This document shows, one piece after another, positions 21,898-33,300 of a stretch of DNA of 64,000 nucleotides (within the stretch, counting starts at the first letter, position 1; each line of letters begins with the position of its first letter). Position numbers and translations under genes: made by a program. The stretch is from Azolla caroliniana (Eukaryota > Plantae > Polypodiophyta): assembly GCA_043228905.1 (NCBI GenBank), contig JBHGNT010000017.1, forward strand, positions 1,364,001 through 1,428,000, read 5' to 3'. The notes below the pieces were generated by a model. The model was not told the origin of the DNA. It worked only from the letters and a program-made list of their open reading frames with translations, and searched no databases.

Positions 21898-21997
21898 NNN
21901 NNNNNNNNNNNNNNNNNNNNNNNNNNNNNNNNNNNNNNNNNNNNNNNNNNNNNNNNNNNNNNNNNNNNNNNNNNNNNNNNNNNNNNNNNNNNNNNNN
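21898..21997. other. Assembly gap (100 N)
   Basis: Run of exactly 100 N, typical of a scaffold join of unknown size. Confidence 0.99.
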
Positions 21998-23140
21998 AGC
22001 TTGTTTGAGTAAAAACAACTTATTATTACCGGTTCTAGAAGCATACAAGGTTTCTAATTTATTCCACAAAGTATTTGCATTTGTTTCATTCACAACATGA
22101 TTCAAGACATTATCTCCTACCCATTGACGAATGAAACCACATGTTCATTTTCAAAATCCCATTCCTCATCATTTTTCTTTTCAATGCATATTTTTAACGA
22201 AAAGCAAATCTTTCATTTTTCCTTTCCATTTTTGATAATTCGTGCCATTTAAAACAACCATTGTTGATGTGTTTGCCTCCATTTATAATCGAGCAAAAAA
22301 AACACAACCTCCGCTCTGATACCACTTGATGAGGTATAGACACGTAAGAGTGTAACACGCGTCACGTTTTATGCTCGATTATAATGAAAAAGAAACACAA
22401 GAAACACACACAATGACACAACAAAGATTACACAAGATTTAACGTGGAAAAACCCTCAATGAGGGAAACAACCACGGGACAAAAGTCCAAAACCAATCCA
22501 CTATCGCCAAAGAGATACAACACAAGTACAAATTCTACTTCTAGATATACTAGAAATAAATAGAGATATGTAGCATAGTACTACCGACAAAGATGGTACA
22601 ATAATCCAAAGGGATAAGATTATCTCTCAAGCAGATAAGAGAAAAGAAGAGAGAAGAAAACCCGGATAAGAATGTCCACAAGTCGAAGTAGTAGCCGTGT
22701 AGATCTCACGTTGAGTAGTGGAGATGGAAAGGAGATTGAGAGTAGATGAGTTGAGCACCAAGCTTCTCCAAGCTTCACCAAGCTTCACTATGCTTCTCTA
22801 TGCTTCACTATGCTTCACAGTCCTCATACCTTTCTTTTTCTCACCTCTTCCCATATATATATATATCTCCTTTCCACCCTCTCTTCTCTTTGTCTCTGTC
22901 AAAAACAAAAGCGGTCGTTTTGTTTTGTTTCCCTCTTTATTATTATTATTATTATTTTTCTTTTCTTTCTTTACTCACTAAAAAACGTAACTTACATTTA
23001 CCCTTTTAAAGAAATAAAGTAAGGGTAATAATTACTAAAGAAACAAAACTTTCGTTTTGTTTTATATTACTATCTAATAATAATAATAATAAATATTATT
23101 AAAAAAAGAAAAGACAAAATAGTGACCAGATACATTAACA
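21998..23140 (-). mobile_element. 5' end of a Ty1/Copia LTR retrotransposon (5' LTR, PBS, start of gag), truncated by the gap
   Basis: On the - strand, an LTR runs from TG (23140) to CA (22327), ~814 bp. A 2-nt spacer precedes the PBS TGGTATCAGAGC (complement of tRNA-iMet 3' end) at 22324-22313. gag starts at ATG 22282: [27 protein letters not shown], then (frameshifted) GFIRQWVGDNVLNHVVNETNANTLWNKLETLYASRTGNNKLFLLKQ. Confidence 0.92.
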
Positions 23141-23440
23141 AGGCCTTCCTGCACAATGAGCACCACCTATCCTATCGGAGAACCACATGGATTACAAGTG
23201 AAAAACTACACATATAATCTACAGAATGCCAATAGTAATTCCTCCTTCCCAGGTCAGGGAGAAAGCAGACCAATAAAGGCGATTGGGAGGAGAGCTCAGT
23301 TGGCCTCACCAGAATTTATCCATAGCATTGAGGCACCCTAACTAGAACAAAGACGACTAACCATAGGTATTTCCCAAGAGACGTGTGAATGTAGTAAGAA
23401 ATTAGAATGATGAAGTAAAATAAAAGTGTGGTGGTTGTAC

Positions 23441-23472
<32 letters not shown>

Positions 23473-24329
23473 GTGAAGGGCATCCCAACCTAGAGATTCT
23501 TGTGTGTATTGTCTATGTGGTGTGTGCTCATCAAGTCCCTACACTCAATGACCACCTTCATTTTCTTTCGATGACCCAATCTTCTCGTTATGCTCTTATG
23601 TCGAACAATTTTGTGATCCTAAAATAGGTCTACAATTAATAAGCGCAATCCGGTAAGAACCCCCTCTCATTGATTGTTTGTTTGCCCTTGAACGAGTCGT
23701 TTTATGCCCCTAGATTGTAGGCATATCAAGTGGTGGGAAGCATGAGTGTATGTACAAAAGAGAGCCTTCCAAGTACACTTCTCTTATTGATATAGATAGG
23801 ATCACCTAGAGGCCATAGTAATAGAGGCATGCAAAATGGCACAATCTTAGCCTCAACATTGTTTGAGGTGTGTGGTTTACGGAACTGCACGAACATGCCT
23901 AATGTTGCAAGTCTTAGACGAATTGTGACTATGAAAGCATGTATCAAAGGAACATCTCTCAATGCAATAGGAAGGGTGACCTTATTTGTAGAAGAGAGCC
24001 TTCCAAGAACACTTCTTTGATCGATGCGAGTAGGCCCTCGTAGAGAACCCATGTTTGAATACTAGTTGAGGGTGGTTTTGGGAAGCACAAAGAAGTGCCA
24101 AGTGTTACAAGCACTTAGAGAACTAGAACTAAAGAAGCAACTAGGAACATGCCTTGAAGCACTTGATGGACAATTAATACAAGGACTAAAAGATCCCCAA
24201 TACAATAAATAATATTCATTCAGTAGGGATCCATTATTTACTCTACATGTGCGAAACCTCGGAAAAAACTATGACTATATATTTGATGGTAGAGAGCAAA
24301 GTATCATCTATCATTTCTCTTATATCTAT

Positions 24330-26950
24330 GGAAATGTTAATTGCTTTATTAGTAATGTATATGGAGATGTATGATGTAACCTTAATATGGGACACCCCTT
24401 GAAGAATTGAAGAGGACATTATCGTTGTATAGTTGTCCTTTTGATTCCCCTAGAAGCACTTTATAAAATACACAAAGGATCATGGTTGGAAAGGTAGAGA
24501 CATTTTATTTGTCACGTTTTGTGTGAAATGACAAACAAGATAGACAGTTGATAATATATATATATATATATATTATACACACAATGCACATATTAGATCA
24601 ATGCAAGTGTCTCAATGTTGTTGATAGGTGTCAAATCAAGGGCCCACAAATAAATACCATGACTCAACACTTGACTTTTATAGACAATGTCATAACTTTC
24701 ACACGACAACTCCGAAGTGAGCATCTTGATTGTCCTAAATCCTCTCACTAGATCACTCCCATGATATGACTCAACACTTGATATTTTGAAAACATCTTCT
24801 TACTTTCCTACCATAAGTCCATAGTCAGCCATCTTGATTGTCCTGAATCCTCTCACTAAGATCATTAAAATAATACAAGTAGGCCCACCTAGACGCTAGG
24901 TCTTGATATTGTTTGAGGATTGTTTCAGAAATCTCACGAGCATGCCGAGTATTACAACCACAAAAGGAACTAGGACCAAGGAAGCAAGTGTGCAAGGAAT
25001 GCTTGTTGCAACAATCAAGAGATGCCTATAATGAAGACATTTCTGACACAATGAAAATATTTGCTCATTAGGGGTCAATTTGTTACTCCCCATGCGCAAA
25101 ACATAGGGAAGGAACTAAGATGTAGGTAAGATGACAATATATTTTATTGTTACGAGGAGAGTCAAATTCATGTTGCATGTGGTTTTTTTGTCATTTGTTG
25201 TCTACTTAAAATATGTGTAAATTGGTTGCATCAAAAACATAGATGGAGATGTATGATACCTTATTATTGAACACTACTTGAGGAAGTAAAGAGGTAATTG
25301 GCATAGATGGAAAGTCATTTTTAATGGCCCTGGAAGCACTTTATAAGAGATACTTAGAATAAATACAAATATTAAGGTTAAGATGTGGATGGATTTTATT
25401 TCTCATGTTTTGTGAGAATTCACAAACACAATACTTGGCAACTAAACCAGTTTTACCCCTTCAGTTCATCCTTGAGTTCTCCAAAAATACATTGTTGGGT
25501 CCCATGATAGTTGTCACGGACAAACCACCAATAGCTTGTCTGAATTCCCTTCTATTAGCCAACACACTATCGTCGGTGTGATCTCCCTTGGCTTAGGGTC
25601 AATAATCATATCCTTTACATTTTTTGCAATCAGCCTAATTGGCCTTTCGCTTTGATTGGTTGGTTGCTCACTCTTGCCATTCTGTGCTCTATTTTGTAAT
25701 ACCATGCCTCATTCCATTCTGCTTTCATTCCCAATTTTCTAGGTACAACACAAAAATTGGGAGGCAAATTATTCTAGAACAAGAACATGACAAGATTGTA
25801 GCACATAAATTTTGGATACAAGAGGGCATTAGTGAAAGAAGATTAGATAAATTATGGAAAATGATATGGCATGATTGTTATGACCGCAAGATAATGATGT
25901 GTTTATGGCTTATTGCGCATAGAGTCTTGCCAGTAGGGACGTGGGGTAAAGGCCCTGATGTAGACCGTAGATGTACTGCATGTGGACAGTTAGAAAGCAT
26001 TTCCCATTGTCTATGGGAATGTCGTGAGGCAGCAGTTGTATGAGGAAGGGCATTATGTTTGCTTTGCCATACCTCTAGTTCGTTCACCCTCAACTGGGGA
26101 CATGCTTGTTGGAACTGTCTTGAGGATGATGTAGCGAACTACAATAGCACATGCAAAGCTATGTACATAGGGGAGAATGGAATTGTTCGGTTGATCATTG
26201 ACAACAGGGTACCTATAGTTATTGCACAGAAGCAAAAACTTGGAGATCTATGGACGTTGCTTGCACCCATTACCATATGATGCATATGGACAGCAAGGTG
26301 TACCAGGGTATTTTCAGCAAACAAACACCCTCTAGCTGAATGGATTAAGTTAATATGGCACACATTAATAACTACACTGAGAGCTCAATATGAGCGAATT
26401 GATGGTACTGATGATGCTTTAGAATTAATGAAGCTGAATTTCAGAAAACGGTGGTGTACTACACCGATGGCCACAACAAATAGAATGGATATACGATGGC
26501 AGTATGTACTATGTAGTACCCAGATGGTTGTTCCCCCCTCCCATTAGTTGAAAGAGGGACGTGAACAAGATGTCATGTGGGATATTGAATGCAGGTGATG
26601 TGTAGGAAAGGATGGCTAGAGACACATGTGAAAGGCACGTAAGATAAATAAGTGAGATCACTTATGAAGATTTGGATAGTCTAGGCAAGACCTACCCGAG
26701 AAAGGGAGTGAAGTTGTGTATATTTTAACTAATGGAGTATATTCTTTTTTAGAACAATACTTGGCAACTACATATATGTGGGATCAAGTCAAGTGTGTCA
26801 AGTTGTTGATAGATGCTAGAGTTGAGACCTACCATAATTACCATGCCTCAACTTCATTTTTAAGAAAATGTCATACTTTCAAACAACTCCAAATTGAGGC
26901 ATTGAGATCCTAAATCCTAAATCTTGATGTCCTAAATCCTCTCATTGAGA
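24330..26950. repeat. Two diverged copies of an old ~500-bp repeat; the second is split by an L1 insertion
   Basis: atggagatgtatgat...gaagcactttataa...ttttgtg.gaa...gtcctaaatcctctca occurs at ~24330-24860 and again at ~25210-25444 plus 26771-26950. Confidence 0.7.
25445..26753 (+). mobile_element. 5'-truncated, 5'-inverted L1-clade LINE with 17-bp target-site duplication
   Basis: TSD acaatacttggcaacta at 25428-25444 and 26754-26770. The + segment (~25741 onward) encodes a zf-RVT-type region: LWKMIW...LWLIAHRVLPVG..CTACGQLESISHCLWEC. Segment 25445-~25740 reads on the - strand (…LSWDPTMYFW…). Confidence 0.85.
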
Positions 26951-27452
26951 TTATTGCAATGTTACATTATGTGATAGGGTTTTGGTAACATATAGTTAAA
27001 AACAATTTCCCATCCTCTAATTCAAAGGCATATCAATGCTATGAGATTTTTTAACGAGGCACAATTTCGAGCCAAACACTTTCTAGTCTGTAATATAGGA
27101 TAACGTTGAAACACAACTTAAACATTAACCTTTAATCAAGCCCAATTGGAAGATTAACAATGGAATTGGCATATAAAGGTAATGGTGGGATACAAGTTGG
27201 ATGTATTGAACCATTGGAGCAAGATGAAACATTTTTTATGTTGTTTAATATATATAAATCATCACGAAAATCGTCTAGGTTGAAGTCATTCCATTGGAAC
27301 CATGTATGTGTACAAGTGAAGTTACAAAATATAGAAGGTTGAAGTAGCCATTGTAGATTAAAGTATATCCAATTGATTTTGTGTGAATCAAAACATTGTG
27401 CTTTTGTAGAATATGCATGTATAGTAGGATAGGGAACAATAATTCGTCCATG

Positions 27453-27677
27453 CATAGTACGTAAAATTCGTGTTCGTCTAGTATAACATTCGTTTTCCTA
27501 CATTGGAAAACGAATGCGAATGTTATTCAAACATTCTTGTGTGTTTTTTTTGTTTTTTCCCTATTCTTAGGCGTATCTACCTCATAATAAATAGTTAATC
27601 CAAAAGTATGGTATTTATCATTCTTTGAGGGTGTTTTTCTTTCTTTTGCACGTATGGTACGTATGGTTCATACTATG
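27453..27677. mobile_element. Putative hAT-like MITE
   Basis: Termini CATAGTA...TACTATG are inverted repeats. The 8-bp flanks cgtccatg/cttccatc match at 6/8. An internal perfect 12-bp hairpin reads cattcgttttcc-tacatt-ggaaaacgaatg. Confidence 0.4.
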
Positions 27678-28191
27678 CTTCCATCATCCATGTATAAATT
27701 GGCCGAGCACCTTTAAGATATCTATAAATTAGATATGCATGAATGTGTACAACACACATCGAATTGCATAAAAGAAGCATGAAACCAAGGGCCCAGTTGG
27801 TTTTGACTTTGTAATTTCCTCATTTGTTTGTTTCTTCCACCATGAGTACTGATTTACGTACATGATATGTGCACACATGGTTTCAAGAAAATAACACATA
27901 AAACAAAGGGCCCTTCAACCTCATAATTTTATTGACTTCATTTGGACAAACCATGTTGTGAACTGAAGTAAAGTAGATACATACACGTACTCGAGTTTCA
28001 ACACGTGTACACCTCCACCAAGAAATTCAAAAACAATGTTGTGAACTTAAATAGAGTATATATATGATGTACGTAACACATTTACACTTTTCCACAAGAA
28101 AGTAAGCATAAAAAGGACCATACAATTTCGTTGATGTTTTTTGATATATCTCAAAGATAATTACAAACATGAGGAAATCTAGATAACATCC

Positions 28192-30092
28192 TCACTTTAC
28201 ATTAATGTGTCTTCTAACACTAAATTCTAGATTAGACTTCCCATTTAGCTCTTTGCCAAAGCTATGCTTGAGATAGTCACTAAACATTGTTTCTCTATAC
28301 ATAGTTGTTTTTTCATCACTTATGAATTTGTCCATGGGTGCAATCTTATCACTATCATTAGGACCATAGAAACAACCAATCGACATTCTTGGTTTCTTTG
28401 TATTTGTCAATGCACGATGCTCCACACTTTTGTAGTGTCCATTTGTTAGTATCTACCATTCAAAGGAAAGCAAAGGTGTTATAATAACATATAACACAAT
28501 TATAAGTGCTGAATTTATTTAGAACGCACATGATGACTTATTTTGCGATAATGTATTTAGTATTGGAGGATTTGCATACATAGATGATACATTAGGTGTT
28601 GAATGTACCTCAACTTGGTCTCCAAGTAGCACAACAAAAGAATTCGGAATAACCTGAACATTAATCCACTTGTCTCCCTTTTTAACTTGCAAGCCTTCTA
28701 CATCTTGCATTAAGAGTGTGATTGTGCCAAAATCTGAATGTGAACTCAAGCCAAATGTAAGCTCTGGTTGTGGGCAAGTGGGGTAATAATTCATTCCCAT
28801 TGTTTGACGAGAAAAGTGCCTCTGTAAGTCCTTAGTGTCTAATTCCAAACTTGAAGCAAGCAATTCTCTAACAACATGTACCAAGTTCTCCATTTCCTTG
28901 TGGAAGTTTAGTATAGGATCCCTATGAGAAATGAACAATCCATTGGAAACTAATTGTTAAACTAATGTTGACTCAAAACTTATGCGAGAATAATCATATA
29001 AATCATGACATGGTTTTGACCTTCAAGGTTACACATATATTCACCTTAGGAAAGTTGGTATGAGCTTTGTATCAGTAATTGAGCTAGGTTTGAACCCAAG
29101 GGTATCCTTCCACTCTCGGATCCGCTCATTCTTGTAGAATCCAGTGAAGAAAAACATCGGACAAGAAGGGTTCTTTGAGTTTAAACTCAATTTCTCATCG
29201 ATCGGTAGTGCGAAAAACTCTGAAGTGGCTGCCCATATTTTTCTCACTACACTCGTTGGAACACAATGATGTGTCACCTAAGCCAAAACATGAGAAAGAT
29301 CCAACTTCACAAGATCTTAATGCATTTAAGCTAGAACCTTATAAGAGCAAAAATTGTGTAGCAATTATATACATATTAAGGTGTAAACTCTAGGTCAAGG
29401 GGTTTGAAATTTTTGCACTTGGGAAAGAACCCACTTTATAGAATGTGTCCCAATTATGTGGGAAAGTGCCCTCCAAGATTGAAGATAGGATGTGTAACAT
29501 AGCACCAAGCAAGGTAGAGGGTTCTAACATTAAGGCCTCACTCTAGATTGCATGTCCTAGCTAGGTATGCTCTCCTCGAACTAATGGACAAACTATGTTT
29601 TCCTAGACTTCATCCTAATCCATAATTCGAGTGTTAATTATTCTCAATATAACAAGGTATGTGTGTGCAAATGTCTAGAAAACGTATACCTCTAAACTAA
29701 GTGCTTCTTTACACATCAAGAAATTGGTGATCTTGTATACAACAAATTTCTCACTAATGTGAGGTGATGACCAAGTTGTAAAATTGTCCACAATCTAGAA
29801 CCACTAAAAACAATACCTGGAAAACGCCCCAATTTGAGCAAGCTTCACGAACTTGGCCTACAATGTAGTCCCAATCATGCCCAAAAACATTAGCTAAGCT
29901 AATGACCGGTACAGTTTCACACATAGTAGTTGGGTTCCCAACACATGGTGAGTTGGGACGTTCATGTGGTGGTCGGATGTAAATGGATGGGACATGGTAC
30001 AATCCTGCATCCACAAGCTCTTTTATGCTTCGGATTTCAATGCTAGTAACAGTATTAGTCGCCATCTTAGTAGTAGTAGAAGTATTGGCCAT
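28192..30092 (-). CDS. 2-oxoglutarate/Fe(II)-dependent dioxygenase, plant DOXC class, ~360 aa
   Basis: Exons 30092-29817, 29277-29045, 28921-28609, 28452-28192; GT-AG introns; 1083 nt in frame to TGA. DIOX_N features VPSIYIRP..ERP, VPVISL and ACSNWGVFQVTHH; NYYPTCPQP; Fe triad HSD...H (VEHRA); 2OG-binding RMS. An alternative ATG is at 30065. Confidence 0.95.
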
Positions 30093-30127
30093 AATGTTTC
30101 TCTTAAGTAAAAGGGGGGGGAGGGGGG

Positions 30128-30191
<64 letters not shown>

Positions 30192-32169
30192 TGCGTACAT
30201 GAAAATCAAGTAGCTAGCTCTTATATGGTGTGTGTGAGGGGGTGGGGGGGTGTCAACTTGCTTATACCTGTTTTGGTGTTGGTGAATCGGTGATTGTCAT
30301 CCATGTACACTCTATAATAATTCTAGTCTATAGTGACCACAACTGTATTTATATACTAGTAGTCTAGCTTTTATGAAGTAAAACAAAATCAAATAGAAAC
30401 AAGACAATATGAATAGACTTTCAATTGCCTCCACATCATCAATACGAACCATTGAAGGAATATTTTTAGAGAATCGATTTATTAATTTTAGGCTTTAAAA
30501 TTGGCTAGTCATCTATGACCTTCATACACATCCATATGTTCACATTAAAATATGGTTTTAGCTTACATTCATATTTATTCTGAGGGGTAGGGAAAGCTAG
30601 TATGATGTCCAAAATATAAAGGACGACCAAGTGGTCAATATATATCTAGTTTTCCTACAACTCATGATTAGTACTAATTTCTTTGATGGCCTTGGAAACC
30701 CATCTATTCACGTACATCACGACCATAAATTTGGGTGTCACACACTTGATTCCCTTGTTCATTGTCTATTTGGTTGTTGACAATACCTAATTGTCAATAT
30801 TGGATCCCCGTGTGTGTTTTTCTTGTTCTCCACAATAACACACAAAAGTGCACGAGGTGCATGTGTTTTGACGAGGAGGTTACGAGCAAATGGTGACAAT
30901 AAAAAAATATAACATTTCAAGTAAAACCACCTAATGCAATTGCATATCATGCATATTAATGCCACAACACAATAAATACACATATGACAAGAGGTTCGTG
31001 ATCTAAATGTATCTTGCCACTCACAAAAGTTTAGACCTAAATGATGGCCTTGATGGTGAAGTCACGAGTTTATACATCTTGGACCAAAAAACCCTTATTT
31101 CTCATTGTGAACAAAGTGACATGAGCATGCGACTATTAAGGCTCACTATTATAAACGTGGCTACGACTCTCCTAATTAGCAAGTTCGGCAAGTAGAATAT
31201 GCAAACACAATGAAATCCACACACATGACTATGTGCACAGGCAATGAGAACACTCTTGACTAAGTGAAACCTTGGCAAGGATACTTCCAATAACATAACA
31301 AAATTATAATGTTGAGGCAATTAGGAAACAAATGCCCTTAATTTAGTTTAATGCTAATCCCACCAAGATTAATATAATTCTCTCCCCCCCTCCCTCTCAA
31401 CAAGGGTGAGCACATGTGTGTGCATTATTTTCGCATAGAGAGTTTTTAGCAGAGTAGTTGCCCTTATTCTTAGGAAGGAGCCAAATACAAGATGATATGT
31501 GGATTTGGTCTCATGTGTCAAAATTGGCATCCTCATGGACGATAAAACATCTATTCTATTCTCTCTAACCTCTATTCACAACTCGCATGCTTAATTCACC
31601 ATACGTCTTAATCGTCCCTCATTTAAACTTGAGCGTGTGTAACTTATTAGTTGTTGTCTAAGTATATCATGTCTTGCCTTTGATATCACTTAATGTCTTT
31701 GGGTTTGTATGAATGGGACGCTTGTTGGTGTTGGTCTTGTCTTTCTTGCACAGCACATAATACTATTGTATGCTCAATCAAGATTATACAACTTTTTCCA
31801 ACACAACTCTAATGTGGTTTGTGCATGGTGATTATGTAACTCTCTTTAGTATATGGAAGTCTATTCACCTTGTAGTTTCCAACTAGTAATCACATAAAAT
31901 AGACCCAATTAGATGAACAAAATATGAACTGTGGTAATCATCCAATCCTCCACGTTGCTTTAACATGTAAAACTCTATTGACCTCCTTTCAAAGAGAAAG
32001 CTTCATTAGTGTTTATTATAATGGTCAACTTTACTATCAAGAGATCTTGAGCTCAATGCTAACCAAAGGACACCTATTGTGAGTTTCAACACACTCTTAT
32101 GATGAGTTTGACTCTAATGTGGAGGTGGAAGATATTCCTGACACTAACTCATATGACATCATACATTAC

Positions 32170-32525
32170 GTTACTAGTTCTTGTTAATCACATGTGACAT
32201 CACATATTGTTATTAGTTCTTGTTAATCACATGTGACGTCACATATTGTGTTACTAGTTCTTGTTGATCACATGACATCACATATTGTTACTAGTTCTTG
32301 TTAATCACATGTGACATCACATATTGTTACTAGTTCTTGTTAATCACATGTGACATCACATATTGTTACTAGTTCTTGTTAATCACATGTGACGTCACAT
32401 ATTGTGTTACTAGTTCTTGTTAATCACATGACATCACATATTGTTACTAGTTCTTGTTAATCACATGTGACATCACATATTGTGTTGCTCGTTCTTGTTA
32501 ATCACATGTGACATCACAGATTGTG
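32170..32525. repeat. Minisatellite, 9 units of 37-41 bp (GTTACTAGTTCTTGTTAATCACATGTGACATCACATATT)
   Basis: Contiguous near-identical units with recurring variants and no unique spacers. Confidence 0.95.
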
Positions 32526-32674
32526 GTAGTTAGGTTAAATTGTCCATGTCTAAGGTTAATGAATAGGATATATCATGTATCTCTTCATGAGCTCTACCCT
32601 AATGTGGATAGCATACAAAGCTCCTAATAGTGAGATTGCAAGTCGAAACGTGGATGGGTGGGCATGTGTAAGAG

Positions 32675-32840
32675 AAAATAATTTAGAATATCCAAAGATG
32701 GTCTATGTGCACTTGCACTTACATAATACTTAAAATAATTTAGAATATCCAAAGATGGTCTATGTGCACTTGCACTTACATAATACTTAATTTAGAATAT
32801 CCAAAGATGGTCTATGTGCACTTTCACTTACATAATACTT
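32675..32840. repeat. Tandem repeat, 3 x ~52-57 bp
   Basis: taatttagaatatccaaagatggtctatgtgcactt(g/t)cacttacataatactt occurs three times. Confidence 0.92.
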
Positions 32841-33105
32841 ACATAGGCTTCTATAATAGTGATGGTGTTTATTTGGTAAGGACAACTTCTGACATGTTAT
32901 ATGGTGTATGATATATGCTTTTCCTTTTCTTTCTTTGTAGCACATACTCACTTTTTCTTTCCCTCTTCATCACCCCTATGTTCTAGTGAAATTTAGAGAT
33001 GTCACGAGATGTCACTTTTTTTATTGCCAACTCATTAAGTTTGCTTGGCAATCAATCATGGCAGTCATGTATAGCTTTATTTTATTCATGCCTTACGTCA
33101 TATGG

Positions 33106-33300
33106 GCCTTATTGTTCCATACACTACAACATGATTGTGGAACATTACAAATAAAGTGTTACCACAATCTAGAAAATGCCAATCCACATGCAACACAAAT
33201 TGCCCTATTGTTCCATACTCTACAACATGATTGTGGTACATTAGAAATGAAGTCTGACCACAATCTAGAACATGTCAAAACACATGTAATGCAAATTGCC
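33106..33300. repeat. 96-bp diverged tandem duplication
   Basis: gcc.tattgttccatac.ctacaacatgattgtgg.acatta...ccacaatctagaa.atg occurs twice, in frame within ORF 32986-33384. Confidence 0.85.

Noticed and set aside
21893-23145. Target-site duplication for the Copia element across the gap
   Set aside because: The 5 bp left of the gap (cagcc) do not match the 5 bp beyond the 5' LTR (aggcc), and the 3' LTR is not in the sequence.
23285-23345. tRNA/SINE-like AGCTCAGTTGG A-box
   Set aside because: No B-box or cloverleaf can be built.
32170-32525. CRISPR-like array
   Set aside because: Units are contiguous with no unique spacers, there are no cas genes, and the context is eukaryotic. It is a minisatellite.
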